A stretch of 64,000 nucleotides of DNA from Tubulanus polymorphus (Eukaryota > Animalia > Nemertea), in the NCBI RefSeq assembly GCF_964204645.1, contig NC_134025.1, forward strand, positions 6,262,001-6,326,000, given 5' to 3'. Under the pieces are notes generated by a model. The model did not search any database and had not been told where the DNA came from. It worked only from the letters and a program-made list of their open reading frames with translations. Made by a program: the position numbers and the translations under genes. Shown one piece after another: positions 27,201-40,100 of this stretch. Each line of letters starts with the position of its first letter. Position 1 is the stretch's first letter.

Positions 27201-30200
27201 ATAGCACTGCGTTACCATGGTTACTTACCTCAGAAAGGTATTGTAATGCAGTATAACTAATATCATCGGTTGGACGTCAGAAGTTATTCGGCAGCAGCGT
27301 AAACAATTTGCGATACACCGTCAGTCGCAGCCGTCAACGACAGTTCGCGGAATCATCGTCAAACGCCGGCGATTTTGATTATTAGATCTTGCGCAACGAT
27401 ATGGGATCGACGGTATCCGCTTTAAAGAAAGGACGGCGTCGATTTTCGACGTCGTTCATCGACGTATTTTCACCATCTCCCGATCAGGATGTATACGCGC
27501 AGGTGGATATCAGATATAGAGAACGACAGAGAACGCCCGAGTTGTCTCCGGAACAACCGCGACAGAATATTACTTACCCATTAGGCGAATCGGCTCAAGT
27601 ATCCCATGATTACGTGTCGGTGGATATACCTTCATCAGCTTCGCCGCCGGCTTCATCGGCTACGAGCCCGGGAACAGCGGACGGATTATTCGACTCGGAT
27701 AATAACTGGCCCGGTTCTCCACCGCCGGCGTTGACGTACAAACGGTCGAAGATCATTCGAATTCCGCTGAGACGTAAAACGGTGAAGAAGGTCTTGTCGC
27801 GTTCGTTGGATTCGAGCATCAAAGAGAAGAAGACGGCGGAATGTCGTACGCAGTTTCGTGAATCGAAGCATTATCCGTCGATTGATGACGAAAACGTCAC
27901 AGTAGGCAACGCCGGAGTCGCGGAGAATAAGAGTGTCGTAAGATCTGATGCTAGCGTAAAAGAAGTGAAGGCTGTAGAAGGGAAACTCACGGAGAAAATG
28001 GCATCGGACGAACATTTAAAGGCACTCGAATCGTGTTTAGTGAATATGTACATGAAAAACGTGGATTCGCGGCCAAGATCGGAAACGCGACCGAAACCGG
28101 CAGTGCCCGTACGGAGCAGCAGTATACATGGATCGACCGCCCGTTCCAATATCGGTCGATCGCGTAGTCCAAGACCTCCGCAACTCAGAGCGCAATCCGT
28201 TGATAGAAGTATGTACGGACTGCCATGCGATGTGAATCAGCAGCAATACCGATCCTGTAACCCGCCGAATATCAGGATTTCTCCATTAGATTTGAAACGA
28301 CCGCTGAGTCCGATTCCGCAGAGATTGGATTCGGCGGAAAATCAGTCACCGGAACCGAAGTCGACGGAAGCTTCGAAAAAAACTCAGTCGGTTACTCCGA
28401 GTATTTTCGTATTTCCATTCGAATCGCGATCATTGCAGCCGGGAACTACTCAGAATCCAGACATCGGACAATATCTAACTTCATCAAGTAATAGATCGGC
28501 ATCTATAATTAGCCCTGAACAGAATCCGCGTGCTATCAGTCCTCAACCAAATGCATTCGGGAGGCATCTTTCATTAGATATGTCACCTCAAGAACGATTT
28601 CAATCTCTAAGCCCGAAACTGACTACGTTCAGTAAGCAGTCGTTAGAAGTGATCTCGCCATTGGAACGCAGTCGGTCAGTCAGCCCGCGACCTAATAGGC
28701 AGTTTTCTTTCGAAGTGGAGTCGCCGGAGCGTACGCAGCCGATCAGCCCGCCGTTGAGCTCGTTCGGGAAGCGCTCCTCGTTGGAAGTCGAATCGCCTTT
28801 CGAGCGCTCTCGATCGGTCAGTCCTCAGCCGAGGTACAGATCGATCAGTCCTCAGCCTCCGAAATACTATCAACGGCGGCAGGCCCAGTCCGTCGATGAC
28901 AATATCTACAGTACGGAATACGCGACTTCCGATTTGGATGATCGGGCGATGTCTGAAGCAGACGCTCCAACCGTTCGATTCCGTCTTGACAGCAAGTTCA
29001 AAAAGGGTGAGATTCATATCAGTATCGCACTTAACAAATCAGTCATTGAAAATATCTGTTCTAAAAGGGCTGAAATGTTAGTCATAATCGTGGGCACGCA
29101 TTTTACTTATCTATATTCATCTCGTGCATATTTGCAATATTGTAAATCTATTGTTCGTGTGAATAAAGTATTGAAACTTGTAATATCGCTTTTGGTTATA
29201 TTATCGTCCGTGTGAAAATTTTTCCATTCCGATCGACAATGACAAATTGTGGAAAAAATAGAGAGAAAGGCGCCCTCGGTTAATTCCATCGATAAGATGG
29301 CGGTACCGAAACATGTTTTTCGCAGCTCTTTGCCGCTGTGTTCTTCGAATCGGTTCTTTATCGAACAACTTCTAAACATTTGGTTCTGATTTACTACACG
29401 AGAAGAGACATGCAATTTTTGCTAATGAAATATTTCTAAGGTATCGGATATCGGGGTAGAACGGAGTCAAGATATCATGGAGGTAAGAACAGCAATAAGA
29501 AACTATGCACACCAAGATGATAGCACATATACATATATGATGATGATGCTCCAGGTTATTAAGCAGATTCCATGAAGCAAAAAAAGTACATGACATTTAC
29601 AAATTTTTGGGGATGATGTTAGTGTATTGGAAGTAAAAACACCCCCCCCCCCTGATCGTGAATCACAAATCTTATTCATTTTTCAAATATTTAGGACCCA
29701 GTTAGAATCAGTTTATTTTCGATGAGTTAACCCTGAGCGAAAAATAAATTTGGAACTGGTATTACGCATATAGGACAAGCTGTATAACCACCGGCCAAGT
29801 GGGCTAGTTCTGTTGGTCTATAGATTAGTACACTTGCTTTCCTCGTACAAGACCCCGGGTTTGATCCCCAGTAAATGCCCTGTCACTTCTCTTAATCGTC
29901 ACACTGGGTCCTGGTACACAGTTTGATATTTAAAGAGTATGTGAAAATATCAACAGCAAATTTTGGAAACACCAACAAACCCGTGTCAATGAATATCACT
30001 GATTTATTCGTTTAAAGTTTAATTTTGGTGTCACGAAGCTGACGCCTGCATCTTATTACGGTTATGCGTCGTTTGTACATTAAGGGATGGGTTTGATGAC
30101 GGTAGCTATATTTTTCATCACTGTAATGAGGGATTGCAGATGAAAGAGGGTTAGAATTGATTAATTAGCAAAGACATCTTCATCACCTGGCCAGGTATAA

Positions 30201-33200
30201 TCACTTTGAAAATCTCTTATCAAAACCGTTTCTTTTGATGATAAACCCCTCTGGAGTTGATAGAAATGTTTGAATAGGTTTTGCCCAGTTTCAAATATAT
30301 CCTCTGTTAATGTTCAAAGAAATGGACGAAGATGAAGTGAAAACCTACAATTTAATGAAAACAAACTAGATGAGAATTTGACGTTTTCAAACACTGATTT
30401 ATGGTGAAGTTATAACAAAACAGCAGGTAGCAACAAGGTTCCTATGTGATGCCTGTAGCTGCTAGGATGTAGTGAGTGAGGAGTTGATTTTGGTGGGAAA
30501 CCTAAGTTGGAATTAACTGTGAAATCAGAGTTTTTAGAAATATTAGCTGACTCGAGGGTAGATTGATTGGCCAAAGGAGAAATAGAAAAAATGGCCCATA
30601 GAATTGGGCAAATTCTCATCTAGTTTGTTTTCATTATTGGTTTTTACTTCATTGATATCAGTCACTTGTCTATGGAAACTAAAATGCATGAAGATGTTTC
30701 TGTAATTTCTCAGTTATACCTTCAAAGATGCCTTTACACTCAATGATGAATAGTTGAGAATGTGGAACGTTTTGTCAGATGGAACCTATGATTTCGATTG
30801 TTTGGCCTGGCTGATGTCGATTTGTAGGATGGGAGTTCGTTGTAGATGGCTTTCTAATGTTGCCGAGCAGAATTATCGACATGAGGAACGTTATTCTAAG
30901 AAAAACACATGTATGTCAAAAGCACCAGGTGGGATGATATTAAATCGATCACTGAACCCTGTGCCATTTGCTTAACAGGTGAAATGAGAGGAAATTAACC
31001 CAGTCATTTGCCTGTCATGAAATTGATATACGTAATCACTATTTTCACAAAAATCAAGCCAGCAGAGATATAGATTAGACTCCTCATTGAAACTTTGAAT
31101 CTGGAGTCAAATTCAAATTCGCAATTATGAAATAAGTGAAAAAAGGCGAACAAATATTCTCCAAATTACAAAATATTCATGCATGCAACTGGTGTTTTCT
31201 GTTGGAGCTGTGGGTACCGGTAGTATGCAGACTATACTTTTGTGTTCTATAAAATGAAAAAAGTCTTTGACTGGCGCTCACCAGAGATCCAGATCCAAGA
31301 GGACCAAATCTGTTCTTTCACTATTACTGGCGAGAGTGGAGATACGCATTACACAAGCTTTCTGATCCATCTAGGGATTTTCTCTCAACCAAAAATCTCA
31401 TCTGAGGAAATCTTCTGGCCCTTGAGATTTTCTAATGACATTTTTCTGAAAACAAGAGCAATGCGTCTGAAAACGTGTATCGATTTTCGAATACGGTATA
31501 CCTCTGCTAATGGTACCACAGATGAACTATCAGCATCTAAATATCCATAATTTGCATTTGATGACGATTTATTTGAAGCTAGGGTCACTGCTGAAACGCA
31601 TTTTCCATACAAATGGTCATCATTTGAATATCAAATACAATTGGAATTGGTTTAAGAATCATGGCCATGGTGATGTGAATGTTAACAACAGACTTGAAAA
31701 TTACATCTTGATTTCCTGTGTACCATTCAAATTCCTTTTTACTCAATCAAAAGCAACAGGTCTACTACATTTGAATAACTTGATTTTAATCAGATATCAT
31801 CTTTAAATCACCAGTATTATTTCAGATGTATTGCTGATTGCTTTTACTAGTTGATTGCTATATGATTTTACCTTCAGTAATATGACAAATTTTCTCTGTG
31901 TATATAATTATATATGAATACGTATGTATATATGATATGGCTTCATCTTACAATATCAGCTAACATAATATTTTAATAAAGTCATAGAAACAGGTAATGT
32001 TGTTTCTGCTAGCAGATACTCGTTGGTTGAGGATGAGCAGTTTTTCTCTACTTCAATTGTTAAAGTTTAAATGTCAAAACAGGAATGTTTTTATCGAATT
32101 GACCTGATATGCAAATCTTTGTAATAGGAGTTGATTTCTTAATAGATTCATATTTACTGCATGGTTTGTCTAATTGTATGAGTAGTTTTCTGAAATGATT
32201 ATGATCAAGACGGAGATAATCTACCACTTGTCAAATATTGAAGATAGATCGCTACATTTCTATTCAATCCTGTGACTCATGAACTGATGTGTGACTCAAA
32301 AATGAAGATGACATTTAAACAGTAATGGTCATCAGCGACCATTATAGCCTATTTTATTGACTCGGAAATGATTTAACCACCCCTAGATTTGGTTTTTGGT
32401 TTCATAATGCCATACGTATTGAATTCAGTGGATGTTAGGCCAGGCATAGGTCGACTTGCAATGTGACATGATCACAATCCTCGCTTGCCAGGGTTTGATT
32501 GCCTCCTGCTGGATCTCATGCCAACACAAATCCTGGCTGCAGACCCTTCATTGGTTTAATACACCCTAGATTTCACCCTGGCAACAAGGATGCACGGTCA
32601 ATCGCAACTGGTCAACTTTGACATGATTGTCAGCAATGGTATTCGACTAGTCTCTGTCAGTCGCAAGAGCAGCGTAGGTCAGGGAGAGCCGGTCGCAAAA
32701 ACTTTAACATTGTTGCGACTTGCAGTCACTAGGAGTAACTCGTAGTAATTGCAAGCGCCCGTAAATCCATGGATCATTGAGACTTTGAAATAGATTCATC
32801 ATGTATGTAATGCAGTTAGTTAGATTTTCTAAACCTTAGAAATGCAAATCATTTTGTAGAAAACTCACCAGAGTCTTTGAGAGGCCCTCAGCGCTAGCCC
32901 TCATTGCAGAGAATCGAGTGGCAAGCAGTCACGAGGCTGACCTGCCTAGGTTAGGTTGTCATCAGTTGCATCATGAGACCTTTTAAAGTCTGAACCTAGG
33001 TGTGTTGGGGTATCGGGGTACATGCGTATCAGCCAGAATGAAAATATATCCTCGAAGGTTTTCAGCAATAGGCCCCAAACATTTTAACAATCAGGGATTA
33101 TTATGGTTTTTATCTATACAATAGAGGACTTAACGATTATGGATTTTTTTTCTATATGTAGTTTATTACACAGTTCATGGCTGTAGATAGAACATCTGTT

Positions 33201-34116
33201 TAACAAGGTTTGCTGTGACACATATAATTGCTACATTATACATATCCATTAATTTTTTATACATTCTCAGTTCACTTATGCGCATTGAATGACATCAAAC
33301 TCCTCGACTAATGTGGATTGGTGGTGCTGTGATTTTGTTTTGGCTTTACGGATTGTATTTTATGTGGCGTTACTGAGAACCGTGTTATTCTGGTGCTACT
33401 ACTGATGGTGCGGCGATTTACGTTTTATGTTGTCAATGAAACACATTTCCCATCATCTAATTAGTTCACCGGGTTCTTCGTTGAGCCGTTGATTTGATTT
33501 GTCGAAAAACGAAGATAAGAGCATCTACATACACAGCGTTTGGCCTTTGAGTGACACGCCGCAAAATGCGACAATGTTTTCTGACTCATTCATATGACTA
33601 CAACTGATGACTGCGACGACGTAACTGCTGTTGCTGTGTACGATGTTATGATCTGGATTTTTTTTAATTGCCGGACTGGAAACCTACGATTAAGGAAATC
33701 TAAGGGTATAGATGCAGTCCCACTGTTTCAACACCTAAACAGCACCACAGCTTTTGACGAAATAATTGACAACGATTATGCATTTTGTGCACATGCATAC
33801 AGACAAAAACTCATTTCAAGTACGGCATATGTATCTGGTACATGCAGCGTGTTGTATCTTTTTTTACCGAGGACTACATCGCACTTAGCTGCTCGTCACT
33901 AATATATCGAATGGATTATCGGTTCATCAGAATCTGAGCCACATGAAACAAGGTTTGTCACAAGAAAATTATAAGAGAAACCAAGTAGTCATCAATCAGA
34001 TTTGACAACAAGGTATATATATATATATATACATACATATATGTATAATGTACATATATTTATGATACTAGCGTGTAAAATGTGATATAGTGTAAATCAA
34101 TTGAATTTCTCCCTCC

Positions 34117-34155
<39 letters not shown>

Positions 34156-37100
34156 GTCTGATCAGTGGTTGTTGCTTATGTAGCTTCTACATCAGTCACT
34201 GGATGTTGACTGCAGCGAACAGCATCCTTCTCGTGCGTTATCCGCTCATGGTTGGATTATTTTTGGATTAGGATAAAGGTAGAAAAGTACTTTTCATTAA
34301 GTAAGTCAGCTTTATGTCAACCGCATTTTTTCACGGTTTGATTATGCTACAATGACAATAAGCACTTGTTTTCGTAATGGAGAGTAACATTCACAGGGTT
34401 TCAAGTGCACTCGTTATTAAAATGTTAATACTGAAGCAGTTGTTTTGTGGTTTCAAGCTTTTTAAAGTAATGTGGTAACAATGAGTTGACATTGGAAATA
34501 TGAAAAGATTTTCGGGGTCGTCCTGAACCTATTCATGATTATTTATCAAAATTTGTGTATGGAAAATTTTCAGATCATTTTTTGGTCCTCATTTAAGCTA
34601 TGAAGATTTGGGAAATTTAGGGATATTTAACAAGAGCCTGGTCTGTGAACCCTTGTTCTAATCATAGCTATGTAATCAACTTGGTAGTTATCCTGATTTG
34701 GACTTGTAAGACATCATCAGTGAAGCATGTTTGATTTATTAGCCAGTGTCCAGTCATCAAGTAATCGCGGCATTAGATTATCTACCATAGACTACAATTA
34801 ATATTGAACTGTCTCCTAAATTCCAGAGCTATATTCAGTAATTGGTGCCATTGTATATCTTCCCTTCAAAACATCGAAGAATGATGAAAACTGTTCTAAT
34901 TCTATAATAAAAGTTCTCAAATTTTCTATCAATATTGATAGATCTTCTATTTCAGCTTTTCAGTCATATCTATATTTTCTCATTCCGTACATGAAAGTCA
35001 CTCTGATAGGAATAGACAGCCTCATATCAATGAAGCATCACAGAAAGTGAGATTGAAATAATTTGAAACGAAAGCGTTCAATACGTATCTAGAAAGTGAA
35101 TCAATTTATTTACTAAAACACTGTACGATTCGTTTGAAGTTGGTCATTTCAACGAGAAGCTATACTTAGCTACCCGGTAATCGATATAAACCCGAACATC
35201 AAAAGAAGGGCGTGCCTGTCCTGTGTGAAGGTTTCTTGCGTTAAACAAACGTCGCATGAATTCTACGAATTATGTCTGAAGATATATATATATATCTACA
35301 TCTTCCGTCGTCTAGATCTAGACTAACGTTTCGCTTTTGTCTGAGTTCATCTGACTGAGAGATCTATCCGTGGTGGTGTATTGTTTGGTGTTTGAGTGTC
35401 CGAATCGTCACATACGCGGATGTTGTGCGTCTGTATCAGTTAAAACTTCACCTGATTGTTTTCTGTTGCGAATCGATGACTCTTTACCAATCCACACATG
35501 CATAGACATACGTGTGTTCTTATCCCCCTCCACGTTGCCAGTCATGCATACTAATTCGGCCGGTAAAAATCGGAATCAATTCACCGAATTGGTTTTTACA
35601 TCGCGACCGTCGCACGATGTGGTTTTAAAGCAAGTCGTTAGACACACAAATGCCGGCTATTACTGCTGTTATCTGCGTTGCTCGACGATCCAACAACCCC
35701 CCCCCCCGCTTAAAAAAATTTGACGCGCATTAGTGTAACTGATTTATGCCGTGAATTCGATATCGGTGTGAATGAAATTCGATTATAGGCGAGACTTGTT
35801 TCTCGATGGCGAGTGAGTTTTACCTTCGTCACTAACATCGATGCGTATGTAAACAATTACTCTTCTTATTCGGAACGTACATTCGTCTTTTCCCTCTAGT
35901 CTTTCATGAATTGCGATTTCCCTAGTGACTTGAATGCTATTTCTTAGAATTGTTCTCTGAAAAAAATGGTTTCGGAATAGAGTTTCCGTAATATTTTTGA
36001 AGTAACACGTGAAGAGCTTGCTGTAGGCATAGTGATCAATGCAAAAAAAAATTAACATTATGCAAAGCTGTGTCGCCCTTTGACTATTAAGTATCTTATT
36101 TTACTGTTGAATATATTTTAGGCACGAAAATCACGCAATCCTCCGACTGTTTTGTCCATTGGAAAGACGAAGAGAAAAACTGTGAGTGGGGTCTGAACTT
36201 TACTACACCGATTGATGCTCGTAGGTTCATTGATTGTTGCGAGGTAAGTAATTCATTCCAACACCTTTAAAACTTGTTTGAACAGTCTTCTAGTTTTATA
36301 CGAGATACCCCAGTTCTCCGGGATGAAGGGATCCTGAATTTTAAGTTTTACCCCTACACCCTCTATAAAGTGGTAGCACATGTGGAACTGAGGATTCAAC
36401 TTGGTACTGTTGAATTAATAATATGCATACAAATAGCTGAATTATTCAAATATATCTAACTTGAAATATAAGCCATTAATGCAGCTTTTGTGATGACAGT
36501 ATTGACAATTATATGCCTCTTTTTAATGTGGTGAAAGTGATTATGGATATATGAATAACCAGTGTGTGCCATTATTGTAATACGGGCTCTGGTTTCTTGG
36601 CATCGTTGCTTATCAGGATTGAAAATACTAAAGCATTAACCATATGTTCAAGCTTGGCGACGACAATATGATGCAAAATTTCATAACTTGTATGTGTTTC
36701 TCATTTAACCAGAAATCGCGAGAAGTGATCAAATCTTTTTTTAAGGTATAAAGAAGCCGGGCTATAATACTATTACAGCCTTGCTTATCGCTGGATTTAG
36801 ATCTGTTGCCTGCAAGGGCCTTTCTATAATGCCCTGCTGGGCCTTGGCTTATGCTTCATATTATCGCTAGATGTAATATAATCATAAATACATATATTGA
36901 TACTTGAAATATTAAAGAATCCATTGAAATGCTATGATTTCAATCAAGAGTTAATCGCACTACTGGTATATACTTGCTTATTCTGTTTTTATTTCAAATT
37001 AACCACTAATGCCCTCTAATGAGTTGATGATTTATTGCAAATTTGACACACGTATGTAGTTGCACTTACTCCAACTGGTCAAATGGTCAGCACCTAGCTC

Positions 37101-40100
37101 ACCACATCCAGTTATTAAAATAGTGATAATAAGAATGAGGTGATAATAAGAATGACGTAAACTATTTACATCCTGTCTCTCTGGCATTAGTTCAAATTGA
37201 AAAACTATTGATAAAAGTTGCATAATTTGTCCAAGTGACCACGTAGGTCACTGCAGCAATAAGAAAGAATCTTAGGATAATGAGTGAAATGTCAGGTAGG
37301 TTTATCTAAGCTGAAAAATTAGCTAGTCTCCTTTGTTGATTCCTGGTAATAGCGTGGTCCTTTATTCCATACGCTATGGAGACAAATGTTAAATGTGTAA
37401 AGCTCGTTATATTATCTTTTCTCTAACAGACATCAGCTCAAACACATCGTGTGGCTCGTAAAGCTACATCTTCTACATCATTACGATTGAGCCCGCCAAA
37501 GGTTCGCTTTATATGTGTGTTATATGTATGTGCATGTTAGAAGAAAGATGTGAGATCTGGGACGAGATTTTTGAATAGGGGTTAAATCCTTAACCTATTA
37601 TCTAACTAAACATAAATATAATGTTTCTCGGGGTAGTACCTTCGTCCATAAAACCGGCCCAGGACCCAGTGGGCTGATTTTATAGGCAGGAAAGGTTATC
37701 ACCAGGGATAATTTCTATATCGATTTTACTGCAGTACTCGTTGGATTGCTGCTATGTTAACCCCTAGGATTTAACCCTGTTTAATATCCAGTGTGTGAAT
37801 ACCATCTTTGCTTTTTGGAATCACTCTTTCTCAAAGCCTGGATCTACCTCTTCGGTTTACCTATCTTCGTTTTTGAACGCCAAGCTTAAGCACGATATTT
37901 TTTTAGAGAAATAGTATATGTATAGATTTTTGTAGTCATCCAACTCCTACATTTTCTCATTTTTCTTTATTTGCCCTCTGATTTTACATACGATTTTATG
38001 TTTCGCTGTCATACATCTTTATTGCTTCCTCTGGTATAGGCTAGAAAAGCTCTTTGAACAAATAATATATGTGATACATTGAGAGATGTGATAACAACAA
38101 ATTTATTTGCATAGAACTTTTCATGAATACCTCCGGGTGTATGTAATCTTTGTTGAAATGAAATGGAAAAATGTTCACAAACTGCTTTCCAGCCAGAAGC
38201 ATCTATCTGAACACCTGTTCGATGTAACCCGAAGAAAGGCAATTTATAAAACTGGCAGAGCTTGAAGACCTTTTGCATAAGATGAAGAAAGATGGATGAT
38301 TACCTGGGGAATGATCCGCATATAATTTTCTAGTCTCATTGTCACCAATGGCCAATTGTATCCTGTTGTTGAGACGATCAGTTCAAATTACTGTCATTTC
38401 TTACTCCACTCACTGCGACTAGGTTAACATTTCACTTTCTTAACCCTTGACACACAGACATCGTTATTTCGATAATCCATGATACCACATACATTCACCA
38501 CAATGATAATTCATTAAAAATATTTCAAAGACAATTTTTAACATTCATTCATTCATGCATTCATTTGTTCTAGAAACTTAACTTATCTTAGAAGTACTGT
38601 TATGTTATCTGGCACTAATCTTCGATATCTAATGGATTCACAGGTTCTGAATATTTCATGAGTAAGGAAACATAATTCATCAATGACTTCAAGATCCATT
38701 ACATGAAAATGTCTGGTGTTTTACAATGATGTTTTATTGCTTCAAACATCTCCCATCTTCTATTGAATAGGCCTATTATTATCGGTGTTGTGTGAATTAG
38801 ATGTAGAAAGATGTTTCACCCACTGTCTTAAAAAATCCCATTAAGAAATTGAGTAACGATATTTATCTCGATTTTATGAAACATTACCAAGTTTGATAGA
38901 TGTAAGGCTATCGAAAATGAAGAGATCAGTTAAGCTTGGACCCTGGTCAACAGTTCTCAGTTAAGTTTGGCTCAAGATTAAAATGAGTTCACCTCCAATG
39001 TTTTAACCTCGAGTCAAATTATAACTGATAAATGTAGAACTGGCTCATGTTTTTAGTTTACTCGTCCTTATGTTTTATCGTAGCCTAGTAAAGATCGATT
39101 TATCTCTTAATTGTTCTCTTTTTTAAAATTATGTTTCACTTGATGGAATTCTAAAATCGTACATTGTATTTTTTCCTTCCAGAAATTACGCGCTAAGAAA
39201 GCGATATCGGCGCCGAATTCTCCGGCTGTCCTTCCTCGGCGAACTGTCTCCTCTCCTGATGATCTAGCCACGACGTCAACGTTTATACCGATAGATGGTT
39301 CGTGTACGACCCCTCGTCAAGTCAGAAAGTCAGTAGGCAGTTACGGTTATGCCTCTGCTAGCCCGCATCCGCCTCCACCATCTTCAGGAAATGTCGTCGA
39401 TAGCATCGCGACAATACCCCGTAACCGGCAGAGACAGATCGCCGATGCCCATAGTGGATTCGGAGATGTGAACAAAGGACCAAGTCCATCTGGTAATAAG
39501 CCTCCATTTGAAAATGTTAACTCTTCCGCATTGCCAAGACGATCTCCGCAAGATTTGTGTACATTACGCTCACAATATGGCCGCCAGAATAGTGACCCTG
39601 TACGTATGGTGCACAGTGTACATAATCCATGTACTCATACCTTACCTATAAAATCTATTCTAAAGGTAAAACACGATAGTTTACCGCGACAGCCAGCTTC
39701 GTTTGATAGTTCTAACATTAGTAATTATTCCAGTGATAGTGCAAAATCAAAAGGTCGAAAACTTCCTGAGCCAATAGCGATTCCCTCTCGGGATAACACT
39801 AGTACTACAGCTGGAACTGGACTCAATAAATATTCCAGTATTATCGTTGGCAATTTTGGCCAGACTAATAGTGAATCTTCAAAAGACCAAACGGATTTAT
39901 TGCCAGTGTCGCCACCTGCTGCATCTCATTCATCGGAATCGCCCGAGTGGCCAGCACCCCCGGAACCCCTGTCTCCTTGCAGTCCAGAGACTCCATTATC
40001 AGGGTGTAATGCTACTTTTGATAGTGATACACTGAAGCGTATGCTTCAGTCATTACCGATATCTCCAAACGGTAATGGTGACGACTGTGCATATCACGAG

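Noticed and set aside
27610-29017. Several antisense ORFs of 60-113 aa
   Set aside because: Shadows of the GC-rich sense exon with no recognisable protein features.
27389-29215. 608-aa ORF as a stand-alone gene with a hydrophobic C-terminus
   Set aside because: The last ~70 codons follow a good donor at 29007 and are AT-rich intron read-through; the phase matches the next sif exon.
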